From assembly GCF_009914755.1 (NCBI RefSeq), contig NC_060936.1: a DNA stretch of 64,000 nucleotides; one strand, given 5' to 3'. The stretch's first letter is position 1; every line of letters begins with the position of its first letter. Position numbers and translations under genes: made by a program. Below the pieces are notes generated by a model. It was not told the DNA's origin and did not search any database. It saw only the letters and a program-made list of their open reading frames with translations. Origin of the DNA: the human T2T-CHM13v2.0 reference genome, Homo sapiens. Shown piece after piece: positions 1-13,159 of the stretch.

Positions 1-3000
1 CAAAAACGGTGTTTACAAACTACTCCATCAAAAGAAATCTTTAACTCTATGAGATGAAAGCACACATCACAAAGCAGTTTCTCAGAAAGCTTCTATCTAG
101 TGTTTATCTGGACATATTTCCCTTTTCACCATAGGCCTGAAAGCACTACCAAATGTGGCTTTGCAGATACTACAAATACAGTGTTTTCAAACTGTTCCTT
201 CAAAGGAAAGGATTAACTCTGTGAAATGAATGTGTACATCACAAAGCAGTTTCTCAGAAAGCTTCTGTCTAGTTTTTATGTGAAGATACTTCCTTTTTCC
301 CCATAGGTCTCATACCGCTCACAAATATCCCTTTGCAGATAATACAAAAAGACTGTTTCCAAACTGCTCAATCAAAAGAAAGGTTCAACTTTGTGAGATG
401 AATGCAAACATCACAAAGAGGTCTCTCAGAAAGCTTCTGTCTAGTTTTTATGTGAAGATATGTTCTTTTTCTCCATAGGCCTCAAACTGCTCACAAATAT
501 CCCTTTGCAGATTCTCCATAAAGACTGTTTCCAAACTGTTGCAGCAAAAGAAATGTTTATCTCCGTGAGATGAATGCACACATCACAAAGCTGTTTCTCA
601 GAATGCTTCATTATAGTTTTTGTCTAAAGATACTTCCATTTTCATCATAGGCCTCAATGTGCTCTGAAATATCACTTCGCGGTTTATAAAGAAACAGGGT
701 TAAGAAACTGCTCCATCAAAAGAAATGTTAAACTCTGTGAGATAAATTCGCAAGTCACAGAGTAATTTCACAGAAAGTTTCTTTCTAGTTTTTCTCTGAA
801 GATATTTCCTTTTCACCCTAGGACTCAATGAGCTCCCAAAAGTCACTTGGCCGATTATACAAAAACAGAGTCTACAAACTACTCCATCAAAAGAAAGGTT
901 TAATTCTTTGAGATGAAAGCACACATCACAGAACAGGTTCTCAGAAAATTTCAGCCTAGTTTTCATCCGAAGATATTTCCCTTTTCACCATAGGCATGAA
1001 AGCGTTCCCAAATATGGCTTTGCAGATTGTGCAAATACAATGTTTTCAAACTGCTCCTTCAAAGGAAATGTTTAACTCTGTGAAATGAAGGGACACATAG
1101 GAAAGCAGTTTCTCAGAAAGCTCCTTTCTAGTTTTTCTTTGAAGATATTTCTCCTTCCACCACAGGCCTTAAGGTGCTCCCAAATATCCCTTTGCAGATT
1201 CTACAAAAACAGTGACTCCAAACTGCTCCAACAAAAGGAAGCTTTAACTCTGTGAGATGAATGCACACATCTAAAAGAAGTTTCTCAGAAAGCTTCATTC
1301 TAGTTTTTGTCTGAAGATATTTCCATGTTGACTGTAGGCCTCAAAGTGCTCTGAAATATCCCTTCACCATGTATACAAAAATAAGTGGAACAAACTGCTC
1401 CATCAAAAGAATGGTTTAACTCTGTGAGATGAATGCACACAACACAAAGAAGTTTCTCAGAAAGCCTCTGACTAGTGTTTATCTGAAGATATTTCCCTTT
1501 TCACCATAGGTTTGAAAGCGCTCCCAAATATGGCTTCACAGATTCTACAAATACAAAGTTTTCAAAGTCCTCCTTCAAAGGAAACATTTAACGCTGTGAG
1601 GTCAACAGACACATCTCCAAGCAGTTTCTCAGAAAGCTGCTTTCTAGTTTTACTGTCAAGATATTTCTCTTTTCACCACAGGCCTTAATGCGATAGCAAA
1701 TATCCCTTTGCAGATTGTACAAAAACAATGATTCCAAACTGTTCCATCAAAAGAAACGTTTAACCCTGTGAGTTGAATGCACACATCGCAAAGCAGTTTC
1801 TCAGAAAGCTTCTTTCTAATTTTTCTCTTAAGATATTTTGTTTCTCACAATGGGCCCCAAAGCACTCTTATATATCCTTTGGGGATTCTACAAATACAGT
1901 GTTTCCAAATTGCTCCATTAAAAGAAAGTTTTATCTCAGTGAGATGAGTGCACACAACACAAAGCAGTTTCTCAGAAAGTTTTATTCTAGTTTTTGTCTC
2001 AGGATATTTCCATTTTCACGGTTGGCCTCAATGTTTTCCGAAATATCCTTCGTCATTTATACAAAAACAGGCTTAACAAACTGCTCCATCAAAGAAAGGT
2101 TTAGCTCTGTGAGATGAATGCACAAATCACAAAGTAGTTTCTCAGAAAGTTTCTTTCTAGTTTCTCTCTGAAGATATTTCCTTTTCACCATAGGACTCAA
2201 TGAACACTGAAATGTCCCTTCACCGATTATACGAAAAAGTGTTTACAAACTACTCCATCAAAAGAAAGGTTTAATTCTGTGAGATGAAAGCACACATTAC
2301 AAAGGAGTTTCTAAGAAAGCTTCTGTCTAGTGTTTATCTGAAGATATTTCCCCTTTTCACCATAGGCCAGAAAGTGCTCTCAAATATAGCTTCGCAGTTT
2401 CTACAAATACAGTGTTTTCAAACTGTTCCTTCAAAGGAACAGTTTAACTCTGTGAAATGAATGGACACATCAGAAAGGAGTTTCTCAGGAACTTTCTTTC
2501 TAGTTTTTCTCTGAAGATATTTCTCTTTTCACCACAGGCCTTAATGTGCTCCCAAATATCCCTTCACAGATTCAAGAAAACAGTGATTGCAAACTGCTGA
2601 ATCAAAAAAAAAGTTTTAACTCTGTGAGATAAATGCACACATCACAAAGCAGTTTCTCAGAAAACTTCCTTTTAGTTTGTATCAGAAGATATTTCCTTTT
2701 TCAACACAGGCCTCCATGCGAATCCAAATATCCCTTCACAGATTCTTCAAATACTGGGTTTCCAAATTGCTCAATCAAAAGAATGCTTAAACTCTCTGAG
2801 ATGAATGCACACATCATAAAGCAGTTTCTCAGAAACTTTCTTTCTAGTTTGTATCGGAAGGTATTTCCTTTTTCACCATAGGCCTCAATGCACTCCCAAA
2901 TATCACGTTGCAGATTCTAGAAGAAGAGACTTTCCAAACTGCTCAATGAAAAGAGACGTTTAATTCTGTGAGATGAATGCACACATCACAAGGAAGTTTC

Positions 3001-3632
3001 TCAGAAAGTTTCTATCTAGTTCGTCTCAGAAGATGTTTCCTTTATCACCACAGGCCTCAAGGAGAATCCAAATATCCCTTAGCAGATTCTACAAACACTG
3101 TTTTTCCAAACTGCTCAATCAAAAGAAGGGTTTACCTGTGTGAGAATGCACAGATAACAAAGCAGTTTCTAAGAAAGCTCCTTTTTAGTTTTTATGTAAG
3201 GATATTTCCTTTTTCACCACAGTCCTCAAAGGGCTCAGAAATATCCCTTTGCAGATATTAAAAAAAATGGTTTCTAACTGCTCAATCAAAAGAATTGTTC
3301 AACTCTGTTAGTGGAGAACACACATCGCAAAACAGTTTCTCAATGAGCTTCTTTCTAGTTTTTATTTTAAGATATTTCTTTTTTCACCATAGTCCTCAAA
3401 GAGCTCCATTGTATCTCTTTGCAGATTCTACAAAACAGTGTTTCCAAAATGCTCAATGAAAAGAAAGTTTTAACTTGGTGAGATGAATGCACATATCACA
3501 AAGTAGTTTTTCAGAAAGTTCCTTTCAAGTTTTTATGTGAGGATATTTCTTCTTTCACCATAAGACTCAAAGGGCTCCAAAATATCCCTTTGCAGATCCT
3601 ACAAAAACAGTGGTTCAATACTGCTAAATCAA
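1..3632 (-). repeat. Alpha satellite (ALR/Alpha), diverged monomers, reverse orientation
   Basis: ~171-bp periodic recurrence of AACTCTGTGAGATGAATGCACACATCACAAAGCAGTTTCTCAGAAAGCTT...GATATTTCCTTTTTCACCATAGGCCTCAA, the reverse complement of the primate alpha satellite consensus. Confidence 0.98.
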
Positions 3633-3886
3633 TTCTGTGAAGAAAGTCATTGGTAGCTTGATGGGGATGTCATTGAATCTATAAATTACCTTGGGCAGTA
3701 TGGTCATTTTCATGATATCGATTATTCCTGCCCATGAGCATAGAATGTTCTTCCATTTGTTTGTATCCTCTTTTATTTCAGTGAGCAGTGGTTTGCAGTT
3801 CTACTTGAAGAGGTCTTTCACATCCCTTGTAAGTTGGATTCCTAGGTATTTTATTCTCTTTGAAGCAGCTGTGGATTGGTGTTCAC

Positions 3887-4363
3887 TCATGATTTGGCTC
3901 TCTGTCTGTTATTGGTGTATAAGAATTCTTGTGATTTTTGCACATTGATTTTGTATCCTGAGACTTTGCTGAAGTTGCTTATCAGCTTAAGGAGATTTTG
4001 GGTTGAGATGATGGGGTTTTCTAGATATACAATCATGTCATCTGCAAACAGGGACAATTTGGCTTCCTCTTTTCCTAGCTGAATACCCTCTATTTTCATC
4101 TCCTGCCTGATTGCCCTGGCCAGAACTACCAACACTATGTTGAATAGGAGTAGTGAGAGAGGGTATCCCTGCCTTGTGCCAGTTTTCAAAGGGAATGTTT
4201 CCAGTTTTTGTCCATTCAGTATGATATTGGCTGTGGGTTTGTCATAGACAGCTCTTATCATTTTAAGATACGTCCCAGCAATACCTAATTTATTGAGAGT
4301 TTTTAGCATGAAGTGTTGTTGAATTATGTAAAAGGGCTTTTCTGCATCTATTGAGATAATCAT
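3887..4363 (-). pseudogene. L1 ORF2p reverse transcriptase fragment (inverted segment)
   Basis: Translation MIISIDAEK...GTRQGYPLS...[13 protein letters not shown] contains RT motifs including the FADD catalytic motif; truncated on both sides. Confidence 0.93.
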
Positions 4364-4589
4364 GTGGTTTTTGTCTTTGGTTCTGCTTGTATGCTGGATT
4401 ACATTTATTGACTTTTTATGCTGAACCAGCCTTGCATCAAAAGGATGAAGCCCAATTTATCATGGTGGATAAGCTTTTTGATGTGCTGCTGGATTTGGTT
4501 TGCCAGTATTTTACTGAGGATTTTTACATCAATGTTCATCAAGGATATTCATCTAAAATTCTCTTTATTTGTTGTGTCTCTGCCAGGCT

Positions 4590-5883
4590 TTCATATGGAA
4601 CCAAAAAAAAAGCCCACATTGACAAGTCCATCCTAAGCAAAAAGAACAAAGCCGGAGGCATCAAGCTATCTGACTTCAAACTATACTACAAGGCTACAGT
4701 AACCAAAACAGCATGATAATAGTACCAAAACAGAGATACAGACAAATGGAGCAGAACAGAGCCCTCAGAAATAATGCCACATATCAACAACTACCTGACC
4801 TTTGACAAACCTGAAAAAAACCAAACACTGGGGAAAGGATTCCCTATTTAATAAGTGGTGCTGGGAAAACTGGCTAGCCATATGTAGAAAGCTGAAACTG
4901 GATCCCTTCCTTACACCTTATACAAAAATTAATTCAAGATGGATTAAAGACTTAAAACTTCGACCTAAAACCATAAAAACCCTAGAAGAAAACCTAGGAA
5001 ATACCATTCAGGACATAGGCATGGGCAAGGACTTCATGTCTAAAACACCAAAAGCAATGGCAACAAAAGCAACAATTGACAAATGGGATCTGATTAAACT
5101 AAAGACCTTTTGCACAGCAAAAGAAACTACCATCAGAGTGAACACGCAACCTACAGAATGGGAGAAAATTTTTGCAACCTACTCATCTGGCAAATGGTTA
5201 ATATCCAGAATCTACAATGAATTCAAACAAATTTACAAGAAAAAAAAACAAACAACCCCATCAAAAAGTAGTCAAAGGATATGAACAGAAACTTCTCAAA
5301 AGAAGACATTTAAGCAGCCAAAAAACACATGAAAAAATATTCATCATCACTGGCCGTCAGAGAAATGCAAATCAAAACCACAATGAGATACCATCTCACA
5401 CCAGTTAGAATGGTGATCATTAAAAAGTCAGGAAATAACAGGTGCTGGAGAGGATGTGGAGAAATAGGTATGCTTTTACACTGTTGGTGGGACTGTAAAC
5501 TAGCTCAAGCATTGTGGAAGTCAGTGTGGTGATTCCTCAGGGATCTAGATCTAGAAATACCATTTGACCCAGCCATCCCATTACTGGGTATATACCCAAA
5601 GGATTATAAATCATGCTGCTATAAAGACACATGCACACATATGTTTATTGTGGCACTATGCACAATAGCAAGGACTTGGAACCAACCCAAATGTCCAATA
5701 ACAATAAACTGGATTAAGAAAATGTGGCACATATACACAATGGAATACTATGCAGCCATAAAAAATGTTGAGTTCATGTCCTTTGTAGGGACATGGATGA
5801 AGCTGGAAACCATCATTCTCAGCAAACTATTGCAAGGACAAAAAACCAAACACTGCATGTTCTCATTCATAGGTGGGCATTGA
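4590..5883 (+). pseudogene. L1 ORF2p C-terminal region, disrupted
   Basis: Broken frames [15 protein letters not shown] (4802-5284), the Cys-rich [18 protein letters not shown] (5329-5532) and the terminal ...SFIGGH* (5641-5883); stops and frameshifts lie between them. Confidence 0.92.
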
Positions 5884-6070
5884 ACAAAGAGAACACATGG
5901 ACACAGGAAGGGGAACATCACACACTGGGGACTGTTGAGGGGTGGGGGGAGTGGGGAGGGATAGCATTGGGAGATATACCTAATGCTAAATGATGAGTTA
6001 ATGGGTGCATCACACCAACATGGCACATGTATGCATATGTAACAAAGCTGCACAGAAATATTTTCTGATA

Positions 6071-9000
6071 TGTGAAAGCACATATCACAAAGCTGTTCCT
6101 CAGAAAGCTCCTTTCTAGTTTTTATGTGACGATATTTCCTTTTTCACCATAAGACTCAAAGTGCTCCAAAATATCCATTTGAAGGTTCTACAAGAACAGT
6201 GGTTCCAAACTGCTCAATCAAAAGAATGGTTCAACTCTGTGATGTGAATGCACACATCACAAAGCATTTTCTCAGAAAGCTTCTGTCTAGTCTGTATGAG
6301 AAGATATTTCCTTTGTCACCATGGGTTTTAAGGCAAATCCAATATCCCTTTGCAGATTCTACAAACACTAAGTTTCCAGACTACTCAATCAAAGTATTCT
6401 TTAACTCTGTGAGATGAATGCACGGATCACAAAGCAGTTTCAAAGAAAGTTCCTTTCTAGCTTTTATGGGAGGATATTTCCTTTTTCACCATAGGCCTCA
6501 AAGCACTCACAAATATCCCTTTTCAGATTCTAGAAAAACAGTGGTTCCAAACTACTCAATCAAAAGAATGGTTCAACTCTCTTAGAGGAATGAACACATC
6601 ACAAAGCAGTTTCTCAGAAACCTTCTTTCTACTTTTTAAGTGAAGACATTTACCTTTTCACCATAGGCCTCAAAGTGCTCTCAAATATCCCTTTTGTAGA
6701 TTCAAGAAAAACAGTTTTTCCAAAATGTTCAATCAAAGTTTTAACTCTGAGAGGTGAATGCACATATCACAAAGCAGTTTCTCAGTAGGCTCCTTTCTAG
6801 TTTTTCTCTAAGGATATTTACTTTTTCACCATAAGAATCAAAGGGCTCCAAAATATCCCTTTGCAGATTCTACAAAAACAGTGTTTCCAAACTGCTCCAT
6901 CAAAAGAATGGTTCAACTCTGAGATGAATGCACATGTCACAAAGCAGTTTCTCAGAAAGCTTCTCTCTAGTTTATATTGAAAGATATTTTCCTTTTCACC
7001 ACAGGCCTTCCTGCAAATCCATATACCCCTTCGCAAATTCTGCAAACACTCTTTCCAAACTCCTCAATGAAAAAAATGGTTAAAATCTTTGAGACGAATG
7101 CACACATCACACAGCAGTTTCTCAGAAACTTTCTTTCCAGTTTGTATTGGAAGATATTTTGTTTTTCACCATAGGCCTCATGGCTCTCCCAAATATCCAT
7201 TTGAAGATTCCAGAAGAACAGAATTTCCAAACTGCTCTATGAAAAGAAACATTTAACTCTGTGAGTTGAATGCACACATCACAAAGCAGTTTCTCAGAAT
7301 GCTTCTTTCTAAATTTTCTCAAGATATTTTGTTTCTGACAATGGGCCCCAAAGCAATCCTAAATATCCCTTCAAGGATTCTACAAATACAGTGTTTCCAA
7401 ACTGCTCCATTAAAAGAAAAGTTTATCTCAGTGAGATGAATACACACATCACAAAGCAGTTTCCCAAAAAGCTTCATTCTACTTTTTGTCTCAGGATATT
7501 TCCATTTTCATGGTTGGCATCAATGTTTTCTGAAATATCCCTCGTTGTTTATACGAAAACAGACTTAACAAACTGATCCATGAAAGAAATGTTTAGCTTT
7601 GTGAGATGAATGCACAAATCACAGAGTAGTTTCTCAGAAAGTTTCTTTCTAGTTTTTCTCTGAAGATATTTCCTTTTCACCATAGGCCTCAAAGTGCTCA
7701 TAAATAACCCCTTTCAGATTCTAGAACAACAGTGGTTCCAAACTTCTCAATCAAAAAAGTGGTTCAACTCTGTTAAGGGAATGCACACATCACAAAGGAG
7801 TTTCTCAGAAATATTCTTTCTAGTTTTTATGTGAAGATTTTTCCTTTTTTGCCATAGGCCTCAAAGTGCTCCCAAATATCCCATTGCAGATTCTACAAAA
7901 AGTTGATTCCAAAATGCTCCATCAAAAGAAAATTTTAACTCCATGAAATGAATGAACATATCACAAAGCAGTTTCTCAGAAGGCTCCTTTCTAGTTTTTA
8001 TGGGAGGATGTTTCCTTTTTCACCCTAAGACCCAAAGGGCTACAAAATATCCCTTTGCAGATTCTACAAAAACAGTGGTTCCAAACTGCTCAATCAAAAG
8101 AATGGTTCAATTCTGTGAGATGAATGCACACATCACCAAGCAGTTTCTCAGAAAGTTTCTGTCTAGTTTTTATTGGAAGATATTTCCTTTTTCACCATAG
8201 GCCTCAAAGCACTCCCAAATATCCCATTGTAGATTCTACAAAAAATTGACTCCAAAATGCTCAATCAAAAGAAAGGTTTAACTCCATGAGATGAATGTAC
8301 ATATCACAAAGCAGTTTCTCAGAAGCTTCCTTTCTAGTTTTTATGTGAGGATATTTCCTTTTTCACCCTAAGACCCAAAGGGCTCCAAAATATCCCTTTG
8401 CAGATTCTACAAAAACAGTGGTTCCAAACTGCTCAATCAAAAGAATGGTTCAACTCTGTCAGATGAATGCACACATCACAAAGCAGTTTCTTAGAAAGTT
8501 TCTGTCTAGTTTTTATTGGAAGATATTTCCTTTTTCACCATAGGCCTCGAAACACTGACAAAAATCCCTTTGCAGATTCTACAAGAACAGAGTTTCCAAA
8601 CTGCTCAATGAAAAGAAATGTTTACCTCTGTGAGATGAATGCACACATCACAAAGCAGTTTCTCAGAAAGATTCTTTCTAGTTTTTATGTGAGGATATTT
8701 CCTTTTTACAGGAGGCCTCAAAGCACTCACAAATATCCCTTTTGCAGGCCCTAGAAAAACAGTGGTTCCAAACTGCTCAATCAAGGGAACGATTCACCCT
8801 GTGAAATGAATGCACACATCACAAAGCAGTTTCTCTGAAAGGTTCTTTCTAGTTTTTAGGGGAAGATATTTCCTTTGTCACCATAGGCCTCAAAGTCCTT
8901 CCAAATATCCCTTTGCCTATTCTACAAAAACTGTGGTTCCAAACTGCTCAATCAAAACAATGGTTAAACTCAGTGAGACAAATACACACATCACAAAGCA

Positions 9001-12000
9001 GTTTCTCAGAAAGTTTCTGTCTGGTTTCTGTTGGAAGATATTTCCTTTGTCACCATATGCCTCAAGGTGAATCCAAATATCCCTTCACAGATTCTACAAA
9101 CACTTTTCTTCCAAACTGCTCAAAGGAAGCTTTTAACTATGTGAGATGAATGCACAGATTGCAAAGTAGTTTCTCAGAATGCTTCTTTCTAGTTTTTATG
9201 TGACGATATTTCCTTTTTCACTGTAGGCCTCAAAGCACTCCCAAATATCCCTCCACAAATTCTACAAAAACAGTGTTGCTAAAATGCTCAATCAAAAAAA
9301 TTTTTAACTCTGTGAGATGAATGCACACATCACAAAGCAGTTTCTCAGAAAGCTTCTGTCTAGTTTCTATCAGAAGATATTTACTTTTTCACAACAGGTC
9401 TCCATGGGAATCCAAATATCCCTTCACAGATTTTACAAACACTGTGTTTCCAAAATGCTCAAACAAAAGAATGTTTAAACCCTGTGAGATGAATGCACAC
9501 ATCATAAAGCAATTTCTCAGAATCTTTCTTTCTGGTTTCTATTGGAAGGTATTCCCTTTTTCACCATAGGCCTTAATGCACTCCCAAATATCTTTTGCTG
9601 ATTCTAGAATTACAGATTTTCCAAACTGCACAATGAAAAGAAAGGTTTACCTCTGAGAGATGAATGCACACATCAAAGTAGTTTCTCAGATAGCTGACAT
9701 ACAGTTTGTATCAGAAAATATTTCCTTTGTCACCATAGTCCTCAAGGTGAATCCAAATATCCCTACTCAGATTCTACAAACACTGTGTTTCCAAACTGCT
9801 CAAACAAAAGAATGGTTTAACTCTGTGAGACGAATGCATAGATCACAAAGCAGTTTCTAAGAAAGCTCCTTTCTAGTTTTTCTGTGAGGATGTTTCCTTT
9901 TACACCATAGGCCTCAAAGTGCTCACAAATATCTCTTTGCAGATTCTACAAAAACAGAGGTTCCAGACTGCCCAATCAAAAGCTTGGTTCAACTCTGTTA
10001 GAGGAATGCACACATCACAAGGTAGTTTCTAAGAGAGCCTCTACCTAGTTTTTATGTGAAGTTAATTCCTTACTCACCATAGGCCTCAAAGGGCTCCCAA
10101 ATATCCATTTGCAGATTCTACAAAAACAGTGCTTCCAAAGTGCTCAATCAAAAGAATGGTTCAACTCTGTGAGATGAAGGCACACATCACAAAGCAGTTT
10201 CTCAGAAACTTTCTTTCTAGTTTGTATCAGAAGATATTTCCTTTTTCATCTTAGCTATCAGTGCTCTCCCAAATACCCCTTTTCAGACTCTAGAAGAACA
10301 GAGTTTCTATACCACTCAATGAAAAGAAGCATTTACCCCCATGAGATCAATGCACATATCACAAAGAAATTTCTCAGAAATCTTCTGTCTAATTTGTATC
10401 AGAAGATATTAGCTTTATCACCACAGGCCTCCATGTGAATCCAAATATCTGTTCACAGATTCTACAATCAGTGTGTTTCCAAATTACTCAATCAAAGAAT
10501 GGTTAAACTCTCTGAGATGTATCTGCACATCACAAAGCAATTTCTCAGAAACTTTCTCTCTAGTTTGTATTGGAAGATATTTCCTTTTTCACCCTAGGCC
10601 TCAATGTGCCCTAAAATATCCCTTTGCAGATTCTAGAATTACATAGTTTCCAATCTACTCAATAAAAAGAGACATTTACCTCTGTGAGATAAATGCACAC
10701 ATCACAGAGCAGTTTCTCTTAAAGCTTCTGTCTAGTTTGTATCAGAAGATATTTCCTTTGTCACCATAGGCCTGAAGGTGAATCCAAATATCCCTTCACA
10801 GATTCTACAAACACTATGTTCCCAAACTGCTCAATCAAAGGAATGGTTTAACTCTGTGAGATGATTGCACTGATCACAAAGCAGTTTCTAAGAAAGCTCC
10901 TTTCTAGCTTTTATGTAAGGATATTTCCTTTCTCACCATAGGCCTCAAAGCACTCAAAAATATCCCATTGCAGAGTCTAGAAAAACAGTGGTCAAAAGCT
11001 GCTCAATCAAAAGCATGGTTCAACTCTGTTAGAGGAATGCACACATCACAAAACAGTTTCTCAAAAAGCTTCTTCCTAGTTTTTGTGTGAAGATATTTCC
11101 TTTTTCACCATAAGTCTCAAAGCGCTCCCAAATATCCCTTTTCAGATTCCACAAAAACAGTGGGGCCAAAGTGCTCAATCAAAAGAATGGTTCGACTCTG
11201 TGAGAAGAATGCTCACATCAAAAAGCAGTTTCTCAGAAAGCTTCTGTCTAGTTTGTTTTGTAAGATATTTCCTTTTTCACCACTGGCCTCCATGGGAATC
11301 AAAATATCCCTCTCAGATTCTACAAACACTGTGTTTCCAAACTGCTGAATGAAAAGAATCTTTAAATTCTTTGAGATGAATGCACACATCCAAAGCAATT
11401 TCTCAGAAACTTTCTTTCTAGTTTCTATTGGGATATACACCTTTTCACCATAGGCCTCAATGCACTCCCAAATATCCCTTTTAAGATACTGGAAGAACAG
11501 AGTTTCCAAACTGCTCAATGAAAAGAAACGTTTAACTCTGTGAGATGAATGCACACATCACAAAGCAGTTTCTCGGAAAGCTTCTGCCTAGTTTGTCTCA
11601 GAAGATGTTTCCTTTTTCATCACAGGCCTCCATGCAAATCCAGATATCCCTTTGCAGATTCTACAAACACTTCGTTTCTAAACTGCTCAATCAAAACAAT
11701 GGTTAAGCTCTGTGAGATGAATGCCTATATCACAAACCAATTTCTCAGAAAGTCTCTTCTTGTTTGTATGGGAAGATATTTACTTTTTCACCATAGGGCT
11801 CAGTGTGCTCTCAAATATCCCTTTGCAGATTCTAGAAGAAGAGAGTTTCCAAAGTGCTCAGTGAAAACAAACTTTTAACTCTGTGAGATGAATTCACACA
11901 CCACAAAGTAGTTTCTCAGAAAGCCTCTGTCCAGTTTGTATCAGAAGATATTTCCTTTGTCACCATATGCCTCAAGGTGAATACAAATATCCTTTTGCAG

Positions 12001-12626
12001 ATTCTGCAAACACTCTTTCCAAACTGCTCTATCAAAAGAATGGTTTAAGTCAGTGAGATGAACACACAGATCACAAAACAGTTTCTAAGAAAGCTCCTTT
12101 CTAGTTTTTATGTGAGGATATTTCATTTTTTAACCATAAGACTCAAAGGATTCCAAAATATCCCTTTGCAGATTGTACAAAAACAGTGATTCCAAACTAC
12201 TCCATCAAAAGAATGGTTCATCTCTGTAAGATGAATGCACACATCACAAAGCAGTCTCTCAGAAAGCTTCTGTTTAGTTTGTATTGGAAGATATTTCCTT
12301 TTTCACCACAGGCCTCCATGTGAATGCAAATATCCCTTTGTAGATTCTACAAACACTGTGTTTCCAAACTGTCAATGAAAAGAATGGTTAAACTTTGTGA
12401 GATGAATGCACACTTCAGAAAGCAATTTCTCAGACACTTTCTTTCTAGTTTGTATCAGAAGATATTTCATTTTTCACAATACGCATCAGTGTGCTCCCAA
12501 ATATCCCTTTGCAGATTGTACAAAAACGGTGTTTCCAAAATGCTCAATCAAAAGAAAGTTTTATCTCTGTGTGATGAGTGCACATATCACAAATAAGTTT
12601 CTCAGAAAGCTCCTTTCTAGTTTTTA
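6071..12626 (-). repeat. Alpha satellite, reverse orientation, shuffled relic 6-mer monomer types
   Basis: Continuous ~171-bp periodicity with the same recurring monomer variants as 2600-3630 and 13160-17776. Confidence 0.98.
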
Positions 12627-13159
12627 AGCCATCCTGTTACTGGGTATATACCCAAAGGACTATAAATCATGCTGCTATAAAGACACATGCACACGTATGT
12701 TTATTGTGGCATTATTAACAATAGCAAAGACTTGGAACCAACCCAAATGTCCAACAATGATAGACTGGATTAAGAAAATGTGGCACGTATACACCATGGA
12801 ATACTATGCAGCCATAAAAAATGATGAGTTCATGTCCTTTGTGGGGACATGGATGAAATTGGAAATCATCATTCTCAGTAAACTATCACAAGAACAAAAA
12901 ACCAAACACCACATATTCTCACTCATAGGTGGGAATTGAACAATGAGATCACATGGACACAGGAAGGGGAATATCACGCTCAGGGGACTGTTGTGGGGTG
13001 GGAGGAAGGGGGAGGGATAGCATTGGGAGATATACCTAATGCTAGATGACGAGTTAGTGGGTGCAGCGCACCAGCATGGCACATGTATACATATGTAACT
13101 AACCTGCACAATGTGCACATGTACCCTAAAACTTAAAGTATAATAAAAAAAAGAAAAAA
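12627..13159 (+). mobile_element. LINE-1 3' fragment (L1PA2-like), ~530 bp with poly(A) tail
   Basis: ORF2p C-terminus ...HIFSLIGGN* (12697-12939), then 3' UTR GCTAGATGACGAGTTAGTGGGTGCAGCGCACCAGC (GAG at the position where L1HS-Ta has ACA), ending CTTAAAGTATAATAAAAAAAAGAAAAAA. Confidence 0.95.

Larger units (their letters stand above)
3630..6054 (+). mobile_element. LINE-1 (L1PA3/L1PA4-like), 5'-truncated with 5' inversion; terminal 3' UTR and poly(A) missing
   Basis: 3630-4591 is antisense L1 ORF2 and 4590-6054 is sense ORF2 plus 3' UTR. The 3' UTR reads GCTAAATGATGAGTTAATGGG...CACCAACATGG...AACAAAGCTGCAC, resembling L1PA3/4 rather than L1PA2/L1HS (from recalled consensus). Confidence 0.95.

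Noticed and set aside
3691-4716. Plus-strand ORFs over the inverted L1, including chimeric 4387..4716
   Set aside because: Antisense L1 ORF2 frames and read-through across the inversion junction; no sign of function
5926-5960. G-rich potential G-quadruplex (also ~12983-13016)
   Set aside because: Standard polypurine tract of the L1 3' UTR, not locus-specific
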